Under the pieces are notes generated by a model. The model ran no database searches. It had not been told where the DNA came from and saw only the letters and a list, made by a program, of their open reading frames with translations. The translations under genes were made by a program, and so were the position numbers. A stretch of 64,000 bases of DNA from contig OX597814.1 of NCBI GenBank assembly GCA_951406725.2, positions 151,838,001 to 151,902,000 of the forward strand. The letters are read 5' to 3'. The stretch is from Octopus vulgaris (lineage: Eukaryota). Each line of letters opens with the position of its first letter. Positions within the stretch are counted from its first letter, which is position 1. Positions 38,694 through 53,094 of the stretch are shown here, in pieces.

Positions 38694-41199
38694 GGATGGT
38701 GAGATATCAGGATGTCATTGATAAAAAAACTGTCATTTTAGTGATCTTGCCTTCAATGATAGTTAAAATGCAGACGAGGAACTATTACTAATAGATGTTG
38801 TTAGTTCTACATTTTTCAGTGAGATCCTTTTTATTGTTTTGATATGGTAGTGTGATTTGGCTGCTATTTCAAGCAGGTTAGTGACAGTTATAGGCCCCCC
38901 TTTGTTGGGAGGTTTTTTTTTTTTTTGCTTTGGTGATGAAATGAATAAGTCTTTCAGTTTCAGATATAATCAGTACTAGTAGTTGGAGGAGGAGGAGAAC
39001 TTTCAAGGGTAGTTGCTCAGAGTAAAAACAGCTGGATGGATTTAGGATACTCTAGTCTTTTGCTTTCACTACTTGTGAATGTATTCTTTCTGATGACTGC
39101 TGTACCAGCATTATTATTAGACGTTACAAGGATAAGAAGGAGATGCATTTGAGAGAGAGGAATTTCAAGGTGCATTAAACGAGGAATTTGCTAACTACAT
39201 TCAGTGATTGCTAGTAGAAAGAGCCACACTGAAGGTTGTGCAGAACAGATTTAGATTGACTATGATGTAGCTTAGGTGCAAGAATGCAGAACAGCTGATG
39301 GCATATTTTGGGTAAGAATGCTGCAAGAGGTCTGCTATGAAATTAGCTTGTAAACAACAAATGTTACCCGCTTTGATTTTGCCAACAGACACACACACAC
39401 ACACACACGTTTTATTAAGTCCTTTGTGATTAGGCAATGAACAAAATTAGATAAGAACAAATTACTTGAGTGCTGCTCAGCTTACATGAAAATGCTAAAG
39501 TTAGCGGTCAGAAACAGAATCAACATTAGGTTCACTGTGAAATTTCGATGAATTATACAATTGTTCATCAATGTCTATCCTTGTCCATAATTGTTGCTAT
39601 TTAATCTCGTCAATATTAATCCAGCAGGTACACTACAAAACAATCTTTTCTAGTTGAGATCATTGTCATTTTTGTTTTAAGATATATTGTATCTAAGACT
39701 ATATTATTGTGTTCTTCCTTCATAGAATCATCATCATCATCGTTTTAACATCCGCTTTCCATGCTAGCATGGGTTGGACGATTTGACTGAAGTCTGGTGA
39801 ACCAGATGCCTGCGCCAGGCTCCAATCTTGATCTGGCAGAGTTTCTACTGCTGGATGCCCTTCGTAACGCCAACCACTCTGAAAGTGTAGTGGGCACTTT
39901 TATGTGCCACCAGCACAGGGGTCAGTCAGGCGGTACTGGCAACGACCTCGCTCGAATCTTTTTACACATGCCACTGGTACAGGTGCCAGTAAGGCAATGC
40001 TGGTAACGATCACGCTAGAATGGTGTCTTCTATGTGCCACCGACACAGAAGCCAGTTAGTCGCTCTGGCAACAATCACACTCGGATGGTGCTCTTGAAGA
40101 TTTGGTTACTGCTATTTCTAACAGGTTGCATGGTTGTGAAGGAGCTTCTCTCATTACTATCCTAGTCTTTGAAGCCTTCTTAAAAGTTTTCAGATTTTCA
40201 TTACTTTGGTGAGTTATGTTGATGAATTGTAGAAATCCAATACTTGGAGTAAACAAAAGAAAATATAATCTAGAGATTAATTTGAATGTATTACTAGTTC
40301 CTTCTTTGCATCTGTTAATGAACAAAGGATCAAAATTGTTAAGAATCCTTAACCTACAACAAACATTTGTGATATTTGGAGCGCAAATACTGCCAGAGAT
40401 TTTCTGAATATCATTGAAGTTGTTCAACTCCAGCTCAGCCTTGATTTAGCAACATATAATAGATATTCCATCCACCCATCACCTCTTCCAAGTCATTTTT
40501 TTTTTTTTGGACTATGTAATGTATCCTTTCTTACACCATAACTGTAGGGTTTGATTTGAGGAAGATATTACTGTTGTTTCTAGCAACTGAAGGGGTCCAC
40601 CTAGAGGCTCTTTTACATTTATTGTTTTAGTAGTAGTAGTAGTAGTCACTACTAGGTAGATGTAGGTAATGAATCAAGAGAAGGTCTCATAGTAGCTAGT
40701 GGTTTAAGAATTAGGTAAATAAATGACGACGATGGTGGTGGTGGTGGTGGCACTATGCTTGGCATGTATATGTTTTTAGTATGTAGATGTGTGTGTATAA
40801 GAATCTACATGCACACACACATACATTATAATCCAATGAAATGCTCTTGAGTTCTTCCTACAAAATATGTGTTAGGTGTAGATTAACAGTATGCTTTCAT
40901 TCTTGATATTGAAGTGAAGTAATATAGTTTTTGCTCTTTCTGTATTTCTAAAGAAATTGAAATATTAATTTTCAGTAACTTCCATTTCACTACTTTTGAA
41001 TTTGTATTATTGATAATTTTTTTTTTTTGTGTGTGTGTTGATAGATAGTGCATCTTCATCCAAACACAAAAGCTAATCATTGTTAATCCTAAATTTGATT
41101 GAATGTTTTGAAAAGAAAAACCAGTCGCAAAAGTCAAAGTGTATAATATACTGAAGTGCCATGTGGAGAGAAAATAATAATGATGATAATAATAATAAC

Positions 41200-41230
<31 letters not shown>

Positions 41231-41549
41231 TGTTTCAGGCATTCTCTAATGAAATATTAGATAATTTTTCTTCTTGTAATACACCAGCTGGCATAATCCA
41301 CATTTTAAACATATCAAATGAAAGTTTAGTTGACGATAGTTGGTGCTAAGAAGATTATTTGATGTTAGAAGTTGATAGCTATGTTAGTACTAACATATTT
41401 AAAATGCATTGAAGTAACTTGCTCATTAAGTGTGTTTGTTCTGATTTAACTGTTTTTCTTTCTACCATCATTCTTTTAAGTTGATACTCCTCATCATCAT
41501 TCAGTGTTTTAAATCTGGGTTTTGTCCTCATTAACGGAGGTGGCCAGAT

Positions 41550-41755
41550 CTACCTCAATGCCATAGCAACTGCCCTCACACCATCTTGCCATCTCGTCCA
41601 GTTTTTGGCATCCTCCTTTTTCAAACCAACCCTCCCAATCTCCTCCTCACCTTTTCCTCGGTTTTGCACTCCATTTACCTCAAATGCAATCACCCTCATC
41701 AACACATGTCCATACCACCTCACTCCATTCGCCCTTGCCACCCATTCCACCTATT
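41550..41755 (-). mobile_element. RTE ORF2 C-terminal fragment (different family)
   Basis: ARANGVRWYGHVL...GLKKEDAKNWTRWQDGV matches the RTE C-terminal pattern. Confidence 0.7.
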
Positions 41756-42200
41756 AGTGTTTATTTACTAAAACTGTGTGTGTGTATATATATATCATCA
41801 CCGTCATCATCATTTAGTGTCTATTGTCCATGCTGGCATGGATTGGAGTTTGACCAGGGCTAGTAAGCTGAGGGCTGCACCAGTCTGATTTGGCATGGTT
41901 CCTGCAGCTGGAATGTAATGGGTGCTTTTATATGCTACTCCAAGAATGTAATGGGTGCTTTTACATGCTTCTGGCACGGGTACCAGTTGCAGGACGCCAG
42001 TATTGGCAACAACTACAATTTCATTTGGCTTGATGACTCTTCTTCTTTGGCAAAGCATATTGCTAAAAGGTCTTGGTCATTTGTCATCACCACTGTGAGA
42101 CCCGACACTTAAAACGTGCTTTTTACATCCCACTGGAACAGGTGCTGGTTACATAACACCAGCATTGGCTACATTGCCTCCGTGAGACCCGTATATATAC

Positions 42201-42246
<46 letters not shown>

Positions 42247-44173
42247 GAATAATCAATATATTCACTATAATTACATTAGTCAAGTCACGTTGCCTATGCA
42301 TGAAAGAACCAATGTGCAGAAGAACCAACAATAAACACTATTACATATATACATGTGGAATTTCTAGTAATCATTGATTGATATATAGCTAAACTGGTAT
42401 ATACTTGAATAAATACCCCTAGGAGAGAACACCCTCTTTCCATACAGATCTTTATAAATATAGATATTGCCATTTTAAGGCTGCTAATACTGGTAAAACT
42501 ATGCTTTGCTGAGGAGGCCTAATAAGCCTGAAGTATGTTCAGAACTGTTACCACACTGCTAAATATCAGACCCTTCCTCACCTGCAAACTTTTATTCTAT
42601 TTTCAATTAATTTGAATTATAAGGTTGGCTCTTCTACATTCTTCTTGACTCAAATTGATTATTGATTTTTTTCTCTTTACTCGAGGCATAATTTTTATTA
42701 AATGTTCTTGGTTTATGTTAACACAGTCTTTTCTAGAAATACATAAATACATTGCTGTTAGGCTGTTAATGTTTTAAATTCATGGATCATGAAAAAAGGT
42801 AACTAGAAATAATTATGTGATATGGAAATTCGTATTAATGTAATTTTCAGTTTTTGGGTAGATTCAGGATACAACTCTGTACATGTTTTAGTCTTATTCT
42901 GACCTCATCAAAGTTTGATCCTCATTAATCATTGTGTCTAAGAGATGGAGTCTTGGTTATCTTTGATAATGAAGGACTAATTTATTGTAAGGCCTCAATT
43001 ATCCCCCTGCATAGCTGCTATACCAAAATGTTTGTATAACTTTTACTATGAATATTTTCTTCATGAGCTTGTCAAGCATTATAAGGACCATCTTGAAACA
43101 ATAAAAGAGCAACAAAGGTGCATACTGAGATCAAACTAAGTACCAGCTGATTGCACATGGCTTAGTAGTTAAGGTATTTGGCTCAAGGTCATGAGTTCAA
43201 TTCCCAGTAACACATTGTGTCCTTGAGCAAGACCAGTCTGCTCAGCTGGCAAAAATGAGTAGTACCTGTAATTCAAAGGGCAGCCTTGTCACATTCTGTA
43301 TTATACTGAATCTCCCTGAGAACTATTTTAAGAGTATGTGTGTCTGTGTTGTGCTCAACCACTTGCATGTTAATTTCACGAGCAGGTGTTCTGTTGATCA
43401 GATCAACTAGAACCCTTGTTGTCATAACTGACATGGTGCCAATTTTACCAGCTACAACTTTTATTTTGTGCATGATGATGGTCACAATACATCTCCCTTC
43501 CCATCATCAGTTTTCTAAACTCATAAGTAGTCATGGCTCTGCTGTTTTCTGTTAAGGTCTTGAGCATAATTTTGGAAGGACACCTGTGATTCATCCTCCA
43601 ATGAGTTAGTTACAAGTGGGGACTTAACTAGAGAGCAACTCTGGTTGTCACAGACAGTGCCTAGAAACCTGCAACTGTCTTCTCATTATTTTGTTGGTCA
43701 ACTGAGGGAGATAAACATAGAGTGGCTTATTGCTTGCTGTATGTATATTTTTTTTATCAGTGATAATTTTCTAAGATAATAGCAATGTTTCCTCACGTAA
43801 GAGCCATGTCTTGTTAGAATAGATTGAATGACAAGGTATAATGTCTTGAAATATTTAATTTATGTCTCTGTATATTCTGAATTTGACTCAGCTTAAATGC
43901 TCTCACTCGCTTGCTCGCTCACTGGTAGGCAGAGAGAGAGAGATCAAACATCAGAATTCAAATAAATCAGTGTCAAATCATTAAAGCCAAATAGATGGCA
44001 CCAAAATGTCTCTGCCAAAATTTATCATCCATCTTCCATTCAGTTGATAAAACAAAGTGCCAATAAAGTACTTTAGTTGGTGTGATTGAACTAGATACCT
44101 CCCTACAAATTTGTGGTCTCGTAATATGATTTCTTATATATTTATCACTAAAAGTATTTGTTTTGTTCTGCAG

Positions 44174-44410
44174 AATATTTAATATTTAACTCCTTTTCAC
44201 TTAACTGAAGAGCTGTTACTTGCAATAGACAGGTGTTGTTTTCCATCTAAGAAGAAATTTATCTCGTTTACTTATTGCTATAGAAACAGCAATGATGGTA
44301 CAAAATGAATCAACAAACTTAATGACACGAAAATAATATCAGAATTTCCCTAACCTCTGCATTGACAATGAGTTTTAACAAAACTTTACCTAATTCTTTT
44401 GCTTCCTTGA
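44174..44410 (+). other. Candidate alternative (5' UTR-type) exon in VMP1 intron 1
   Basis: Strong acceptor tttgttttgttctgcag| and donor GA|GTGAGT in non-repetitive sequence. Only short ORFs, out of frame with the next exon. Confidence 0.25.
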
Positions 44411-46289
44411 GTGAGTAATGGTAGCATTGTAAAGAAAGCTAATTGACTGAGAGCTGAGAGGGAGTGGAATGCAGTGTGGAACTGGAGTTGATTGAACAAA
44501 CTGGTAACATTATAAAAGCATGATTTTCAAAGTAGCTCGGTTAGTTAGCTCCTGGGTGTTATCCAGTTCTTTTCTCTTCCTCCCACAGAACAATAGACTA
44601 TGTGTGGGTGGGTGGTGGTGCTGGTGGTATGAGGAATTACAAAGATTTTCCTGTTCCTAAAAGTGCTATTGGTAGCAGTGTTATAAAACACTGACCTAAA
44701 TGAATGCGATGGAATGTTGAGTTTTCTTAGAAATGTATTTTTATTTTTGGTTTTGATAATCAATACTTATATTTTGATTAGTCTTCAAATAATGTCTTTA
44801 AAAAATTAGATTTATATAACAAAGGGAGCGAAGGGAAATATTTCAAATGAGCAAAATGCATAAATTTAAATAATGCAACTAGGTGGTGATATATGTAAAT
44901 CTTTGTGAAAAAGAAAAAAATTCTAAATTAATTCAAATTTGCCTTATCATTGAATAAAGAAAAGAAAAGCATTGTGGCACTTGCTAATGACTTTGGAAGA
45001 GAATAGAAGATAATATCTCTTAAAAATAGCTGATCTTTGTTAGCAGGCATAGTGACAGCTAATAGATGTATTTCTGTGTTATTAGACCTTATCAGCTAAA
45101 TATTGTTCACCTTGCTTTTTTTCTTGTTGAACTAAGAATGAAATTTCAAATCAATTAGAATTTTCTGTATGTATCATTCAGCTCATCACCATCTACTTGA
45201 ATTATCTAATTTCATGCCAGTAGCCCACTTAAGTTATTTCCCATGGCTCAGTTTTTGTAATTATGTAAACTATATTTGCCAAAAATCCTTAATACTTTTT
45301 CTACTTGTAAAATTTCTGCCAACTTATCAAACTAACCTGAAAAGGCTATACTTTGCATACAAGGTCTAATAATGCTGTAACCTACTTTAGCACATAATAC
45401 AGTACATAAAACATTTGTAGAAAAATATATTACAGAATGAATAAGGTTAATGTACTACATGTTATGCGTCAGTCGTTAAATCCAGGTGTGGTGGTGATAG
45501 ACAAGAACATCACACCAAAGAGTAAAACAAAATTTGAGGAAAGTTGTGGAGTTCTGCGTCATTTTAGTGGCCTTATTACTCTGGATGCAAAAATTGAAGT
45601 GAGAAAGTAAAAGGGTGCAGGAATGAAGTGGAAGGAAATAATGTTTGACTAAATTTAGTGGCAAGACTAGGTTGTTTGAATTGTACATATAAGGAGTACT
45701 AGGGAGAGGAGAGACAGATGTTGACAAGTGTGCTGAGATCAATGAAAAACAAGGTCAGTTGAATTAGGGCACACACAAACAAGGTGGAAGAAGGAACACA
45801 TAGTTTCAACTAACATTAAAAAGAAAAGTTTATTGTGATTATTGTTTTTAAACTTAGAATTTTCACGGGTTTCTTTAAGGAGACATAAGAGACCATATCC
45901 CCAAAATTCTTGGTCAGATATTACAATCTCTGTAAGTGCAAGAATTCTGTTACCTGTCCCAGTATGAAAGTTGCCCGTATTAAATTTCTTCCAATTATCT
46001 TCCCTTTGAAAGTCAGTAAGAATATCCATAAGTTTCTGTTTATTTTCTCTAATGAAAAGGCAGATTTCAGTTACTTAAATTTTTTTTGTTTTTAATACGT
46101 CATTCAATACATTACTATCTTCCAGAATTAGATTTATTTTATTGTTTTGTAAGATTTTAATTATCTGCTAAGCAATTTATAGACTATTAATTTTTTTTAT
46201 CCTTTTGTATTTTAATATCTCTTCAAAGAATATTCAATTTCCTTTCCCATTATCTTATACTTTGAGTTGATTTTATTATGTAACTTAAA

Positions 46290-46765
46290 TTTTTATGGCC
46301 ATGTGATGTATATGGATGAGGACAGCTGCATAAAAGGGTGCTGATCTCTAACTGTGGAGGGAGCCTGTGGGAGAGGTAGATCCAGGAAGACATGGAATGA
46401 GGTAGTGAAATATGACCTTTGGATGTTGAGTCTTAACATTGGCAATGATAACTGACCTAAACTTTTGGCAATTTTCTGTGCTTAGGAAGACGTGTCAAGC
46501 TAAGTGAAATAGTAGTTGTGGCCTGTGCTGGTGATATGCAAAAGGCAACCGTACCATTGATATATAAAAAAGCAATCATCTCAGTGACATGTAAAAGACA
46601 CCTGGTATACTTTAAGAAGTGTTGGTGTTAGTAAGAACATTCAACTGTAGAAACCAAACCAAAACAGACTGGAGTCTGGTACAGCTCTCCAGTTTATCAG
46701 TTCCAGTCAAACCATCTAACTCGTGCCAGCATGGAAGATGGGCACTAAATGATGATGATGATGAC
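46290..46765 (+). mobile_element. RTE ORF2 end plus 3' UTR, older copy
   Basis: YGHVMYMDEDSCIK...GACGRGRSRKTWNEVVKYDL followed by a (GAT)n tail. Confidence 0.8.
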
Positions 46766-47061
46766 ATATATACAGGACACTATTAGTTCTTTAGCGTCGT
46801 TATTTTTATGTACTCATCATGAGTAATAAGTTTGATACCTCTTGTGTTTGATGATGAACAGTGACTAAATTCCTCTTTTTAGCATTATTTTCAAGCAATC
46901 TGACTAACAGCATGATCAACAATGGTAATGAATTGGGTTATTATTCATTAACAGTTAAACAAAATATTTTGCAACTACTATGGTGTAAATGTTCTTCCAG
47001 TTATTTTTAAATAGTATTTTATACTTTATACACTTTACATCATATATATATAGTATGCACT

Positions 47062-48221
47062 TTGCTCGGGTTGTAAGGGAAATAACTATATAAGCATTTT
47101 TAGAGAGTTATAGCCAAAAAATAGCAAAAAAATGCATTAAAAATTGAAAAAAAATTAAGGTAAATTTTTTTTTTAAATCGTTGACACATCGTAGATATTT
47201 TTAGAGAGTTACTTCCCTTATATAAAAGCGAAAAAAATGCATTAAAATGGAAAAATATGATGGTAAATTTTTTTTAAATCGTAGACTCATCGTAGACGCG
47301 CGCTAATACCCAGAAGGGCTCGATATGAATCACGACTATAAGATACCCGCTTTTGGTTAAACTGCACCGCAAAATGTGGGAGTAGTTACGAATCTAAATC
47401 GAAGGGGACAGACACACAACTTCACTCTTATATAAAGATGCTTTTTTTTTTTTCAGTCATAGAGTTAGATTTATGAAGGTCTTCAGTAGAAAATCCTTCG
47501 AATTCTGACTCGCTGCTTGATATAATGAAATTCGTATCCATTTTTTGTCAGAATTACAAATTTTGAAAACACAATAGGAACAAATTTCGGAAAAAAATCT
47601 CCCATAATTCACGGAATTAAAATTACACTTCGATTTTTGTACAAAACTGTATTTGAAGTGTTTACGAAGTATAATACGTGTTTTCACGAATGTACTAAAG
47701 AGATTTACTCTGATATTCTCATTTAAATATGAATAGGTAAATTCGGGCGGTTTGGTAACGAAAGGGTTTATATAAGTGTCGTCTGTTTATACATAAACAC
47801 TGTTTCATACTTTCAGTTTAGTCTTCCTCAAATCACTCTGTCGCTAATTTACTCTCTTCCAAGAACATTTTCACTCACTCTTATCTGTTAGCTTCCCATA
47901 CATTTTACTCATGTATCTATCAGCGTGATAGACAGAAACAAATATTACATCTAGTTTCACTTTATTCATTGCACACTGTGTGTGTGCGTTTGCGTGTGCT
48001 GTAAACCAGACTAAGAAAAGCATTTGACATACACACCAGAATGTGAGTTTTCTGTAAATTTTGCTTAATTGGAGTTTAAATTTTAAAAACTGGACCTCGC
48101 ATGACCCGATGCATTCTACTCTTAAAAATGCTAGGTAAATTGTAATTGAAGAAATCCTATATTGTAGATTTCTATAACTTACAAAGGGAGGCAGATAAAA
48201 TCTGCCTTTTATAATAAGAGA
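47062..48221 (-). mobile_element. Composite Helitron: 5' end at 48221, internal MITE fragment, second Helitron 47062-47438, 3' end truncated
   Basis: Two A|TC...TATA 5' termini on the minus strand (48221 and 47438). 47062-47160 is the reverse complement of the 3' part of the Helitron at 38400-38498. Confidence 0.65.
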
Positions 48222-48619
48222 TAGTATGCACTTTGTATTCTTTATATGGGATACATTTTGTACACTTTATATACCACAAACTTTATACACCTTACACACA
48301 CACACACGCATATATATTTGTGTGTGTACTTTTGTATTTGGTTAGAGCTTTTTTCTTGATTGATCCTTTGACATGAAATGTATTTATTATTGGCATAATG
48401 ACCTTTCTGAGATACAATGCACACCCACACCATATACTTTATTTAGTTGTTGACTTCACAGTCTTTAATGTGCTGGATGCAATGCCTCATGTTATTTGTT
48501 CCAAATACCAAGCTCTTGAATTCAAATTTACTTTTCAACCTTTTAGGATTATTAAAAGAAAAGTAACAATCCAGTCAGCAGATTTGTGGAGCTGTAAGAA
48601 AAGTAGACAAGTTATCTTG

Positions 48620-49110
48620 TAGTATTTGTTACTTGTACATGTGGTAGCAGTCAAATGGGGTGAGTTGAGCTGGTTGCAACCAATGAATTCATCACATCCT
48701 TTTTTAAATGCTGACCACATCCAACTATCAGTCACAGTTGAGGCTGTAATGGACACCCACTCCCAAAGACCATAGATGCAGAGGCACTTAAAAAGCACCA
48801 TCCGTTCGTGGCCATTGCCAGCCATGCTTTCAGCTGTCCTCCAGTTTGTGTGAGCCACCATAAGAGGGAAGCCAGTTTGACCACCTTGTGAATGAATTCC
48901 CCAGAGGTTGACAGAGAGCCACTTTAGATGTCTTGTTTGTAGAGCTTGTTGCAGAGAGCTGATGTAGCTGTGTTGTTGTATTTCAGGGTTCAAAATGAAG
49001 TCCCATGGGCAAACACACAGAATTCAATGTAGGCGGCAGTGGCTTGAAGACTTTGAGTTTTTGGAGATCTTCAGCTCTCACTGGCCAGGGTTCACATCCA
49101 TAGTGTGTCC
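48620..49110 (-). mobile_element. RTE ORF2 3' fragment (third family)
   Basis: HYGCEPWPVRAEDLQKLKVF...LQTRHLKWL resembles LLYGCETW...RRLRWxGH. Confidence 0.65.
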
Positions 49111-52100
49111 TGAGATTAAATCCCACCATCACCACTTGGTACCTTTGGGTGCCTTTAGTGAACTCCACACTGTTGCATTCAGGCCTGGTCCTTGGTTTGA
49201 GGATAAAGCTTTTCCTCCTACTAGTTTTGGAAGCCCTGTAAAGGGTTACAGGCACTAAAGATAAGGAAAGGACTTTATATAGAATACACTAATGTACTTT
49301 ATTCATCATACACTATATATGTTTTAAATGTGGGCATGGTGTAGATGAAGATAAGGCTGTGTGGTTAAGAAGTTTGCTTTTCAACTTCCCAACCACTTGG
49401 TTCCAGGTTCAGTCCCACTACCTGTTACTTTCAGTGTCTTCTAAGCTGGTCTGATCTAAGTGTCGAGTTCACATTATGTAACAAAAAGATACCTTCTCCA
49501 TTTTTAATTCATTTTTAACTGTAGGTATTTTTTTGTTTTGTTTTTAGGATAAAATAGTTTAGGACATAAATCTAGAGTATATGTTGGGTTTCCTTGTCTT
49601 GTCACCACATGATAGTTGTAAATGATTCTCATTATCATACAAGCAATGTCATTAAGTTCCAATATTCTGTGATGATATCTTTGGTTATGAGGAAATATTA
49701 TATTAGCTTGGAAACAAGTGAGGATTGGTGACAGGAAATGTATCTAGCCATAGAAAAATCTACCTCAGCAACAAGCGTCGCAATGTAGGCATTAAAATGA
49801 TGACAGTGATGCTGTTATATGTGTGTGTATATATATGTACATAAATATACACCCACTATTTGCCATATATTTCACACTTTAAGCAGTAAAAAGCACGTAA
49901 AAAGCACCATCCAATCGTGGCCGTTGCCAGCCTCGCCTGGCCCCCGTGCCGGTGGCACTTAAAAAGCACCATCCATTCGTGGCCGTTGCCAGTCTCGCCT
50001 GGCCTCCGTGCTGGTGGCACGTAAAAGCACTATCCGTTCGTGTCCGTTGCCAGCTTCGTCTGGCTCCTGTGCGGGTGGCACGTAAAAAGCACCCACTACA
50101 CTCGCGGAGTGGTTGGCGTTAGGAAGGGCATCCAGCCGTAGAAACACTGCCAGATCTGACTGGGCCTGATGAAGCCTTCTGGCTTCACAGACCCCCGTCC
50201 AACCCATGCTAGCATGGAAAACAGACGCTAAATGATGATGATGATGATGAATTACACACATGTGCAATGACAGTAGCTGTGAACTTGAAAGTGTTAAGGT
50301 CAATGAGACGACCCATAAAGTTAAGGCAAAATTATGCGTATGACACTGTTCTGATTTCATCTGACCTTTGGCTTTTAGTTTTTGATAGTCTCACACAAAA
50401 TGTTATGAATTCCATGTGTTAAATTTATCTAAGTAACCTAATTTTAGTTTTTTTTTTTCCTTACTGAGAGTACATTGTTTCCTGTGGCTTTTTAAGGTAA
50501 AGGACTTGAAGTGTTGAGTTCACATTATGTAACAAAAAGATACCTTCTCCATTTTTAATTCATTTTTAACTGTAGGTATTTTTTGTTTTGTTTTTAGGAT
50601 AAAATAGTTTAGGACATAAATCTAGAGTATATGTTGGGTTTTCTTTATAAATTAGTCAATAATTGGAAAGGTAATTAGGCTGACAGTCACAGCAGACTAT
50701 GAATTGGTAAGGTGGTCAGCCTACAGACTGAAGGATTGACAGTTTGCATCATGTTATATAGCTAGCTTCAGTCAAGAAGGGAACCTTTACATGAATGCTG
50801 TACCTGCTAGAAATAGCAGCCTGGTTTCTGTCATATGTTCAACCATCTTAAAATGGGAATATGTTGGATAAGGTGGTTTTGGATACGTACAGATATATAA
50901 AAATGAAAAGAATACAATCACAGTTGAATTGCTTTTTTATTATCGGTGTGATTAATGAGGATTGATGGGACTCAGCTATAACATGTTGCTGGTTTGAACA
51001 AACAGCTGAGCCTCAGTCTTAAAAGCTGGAACAGACACTGGTTGCTCGTCTTGCTAGACATATCAGTCAAATCTCTTGAATATCAAGCTTTCTGTCTTAA
51101 AAATAGGAAAGACATAGACAATGTCATCTTAGAAATGCTAAAACAATGATCACTGTTGGACTACCCTTGATAGTAGGTTGGCTCATTCAGAGCTGACCTG
51201 GGGCTAAATAATGAAAGTTTTCATCAGCTCATGTCTCCTATTTGAAATAGGAACTGGTTGAGAAACTTGCTTCTCAATCACATGTTTTCTAGTTCAGGCC
51301 CATCACTTGGCATTTTGTGTGTCTTCTACTTTAGCCCTAGGATGACCAGGGTTTGGTTGAAGGAAACCAAAAGATGCCTAATCAAATGTTTGTGTGTGTG
51401 TGTGTTTGTCCTCATTTCAATGTTGTGGTAGTTGTAAACATGTGTCACTGTCATATAAGCAGTGTCATTTATTTCCAATTTTTTTAATGAAAGTATGTGG
51501 AAATATTACCTTACTTGGAAAGAAATAAGGGCTGGTGACAGGAAGGGTGTTCACCCATACAAAATTTTCCTTCTTGGATTTTGTCTGATCCATATGAGCA
51601 TGGACAAGTGGATGTTAAAATGATGATGTTGATGATGATAACTAAGAAATGTTTCATTAATTACAGTGAATTAATTACAGTTCAATATCTCTACCAAGAT
51701 CTCAGAAAAGCAGTAGGAAACTTTGTAAGGATTGTGATCCATTAGGTTAGAGCATATAGAATTCATGTTGCAAAATGATGCTTGTAGTAATAAAGGTATT
51801 TAGCTTGAAAAATAGTATTTAATTAGGAGATCATATAAGATATTATGTGGAAGATAAAACTTTCATGAAAGCTGTAGACAGATGGGATAAAGTTGAAGGA
51901 GTACAAGAAGGCAATAATAATGGATGCTTCTAATTTAGACACAAGCCCAATAATTTTGAGCAATGTATGTGCAGAGAGGTGTTGATACCATTGACTCCAG
52001 TATTTGACTCATACCTTATATTGTTGACTCCCGAGGGTTGAAAGGCAAGGTTGACCATAGCAGGATTTGAACTCAAATATGATGATTTTCTGTATTGGCA

Positions 52101-53094
52101 ACAAGGGTCCAAAGTGTTGAAAACCATACAAAGACAAATACAGAACTGGGATTGGAGGTTGGGGATATGTTGAATAAGAGGGTGAAACTGAAATTTATGA
52201 ATGTTTACTTTGGCGCAAAGCCGCAATTTTGTTTTATCATTTAGTCAAACTGTGTAACCCATATCAGCATGGAAAATTGACGTTAAATGATGATAGTGAG
52301 TGGTATTGGTTGATATAATTTTTTCTTCATCACATATATTTTTCTAACTAGCCAAATAATATGTGAACTTCAAAGCAGACATGGTTTAGCATGAGATTTT
52401 CTAGTGTTATTGATATTGACAGTAATGGTGATATAAAGTAATAAAAAAAAAAAAAGAAAAAAAAAGAAATTATATTGGTAATATCAGACACTGGAATAGT
52501 AAAGGCAATAGTAATTGCAAAAGCATGTGTGGAGTGATTTTGCATGATTGTGTATGTGTTGTCAATTTTACCAGTTAATTGGTTCCTAGTTACTTTTATT
52601 CACCAGGATTGTGTCTGATCCATATGAGCATGGACATGTGGATGTTAAAATGATGATGTTGATGATGATAACTAAGAAATGTTTCATTATTTACTGTGAA
52701 TTAAATTCAATATCTCTACCAAGATCTCAGAAAAGCAGTAGGAAACTTTATAAGGACTGTGATCCATTGCCTTTGTTTTAATTAATTTTGGTAATAAGGA
52801 AGAATTTAGTAAAATAACTTTATCATTATTAAACTGGAGTTTGGAACATAAACCGATATGGAATTTTTATGGAATTTTAAAATTTAGATCACTTTAAAAT
52901 AAGAAGTTTGTACCCTAGATCGATGGGCGGTCTTGGATGGTTTTGGTATCAAAAAGGTTTTGTAAAGAGATAGGTATTTTTAAGCAGCACAGGAAAACAG
53001 CCCCATATGTTTTGTCACTGTTTTCTTGCTGTTGTGAAGTCAACATTGTCTTTTATCCCTCAGAGTTTATTTCATATTTTATTTTTTTTTTATT

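Noticed and set aside
46851-46902. C/D box snoRNA (ATGATGA...CTGA)
   Set aside because: It is only about 50 nt, with no convincing terminal stem or recognisable guide, and such motifs are common in this GAT-rich DNA.
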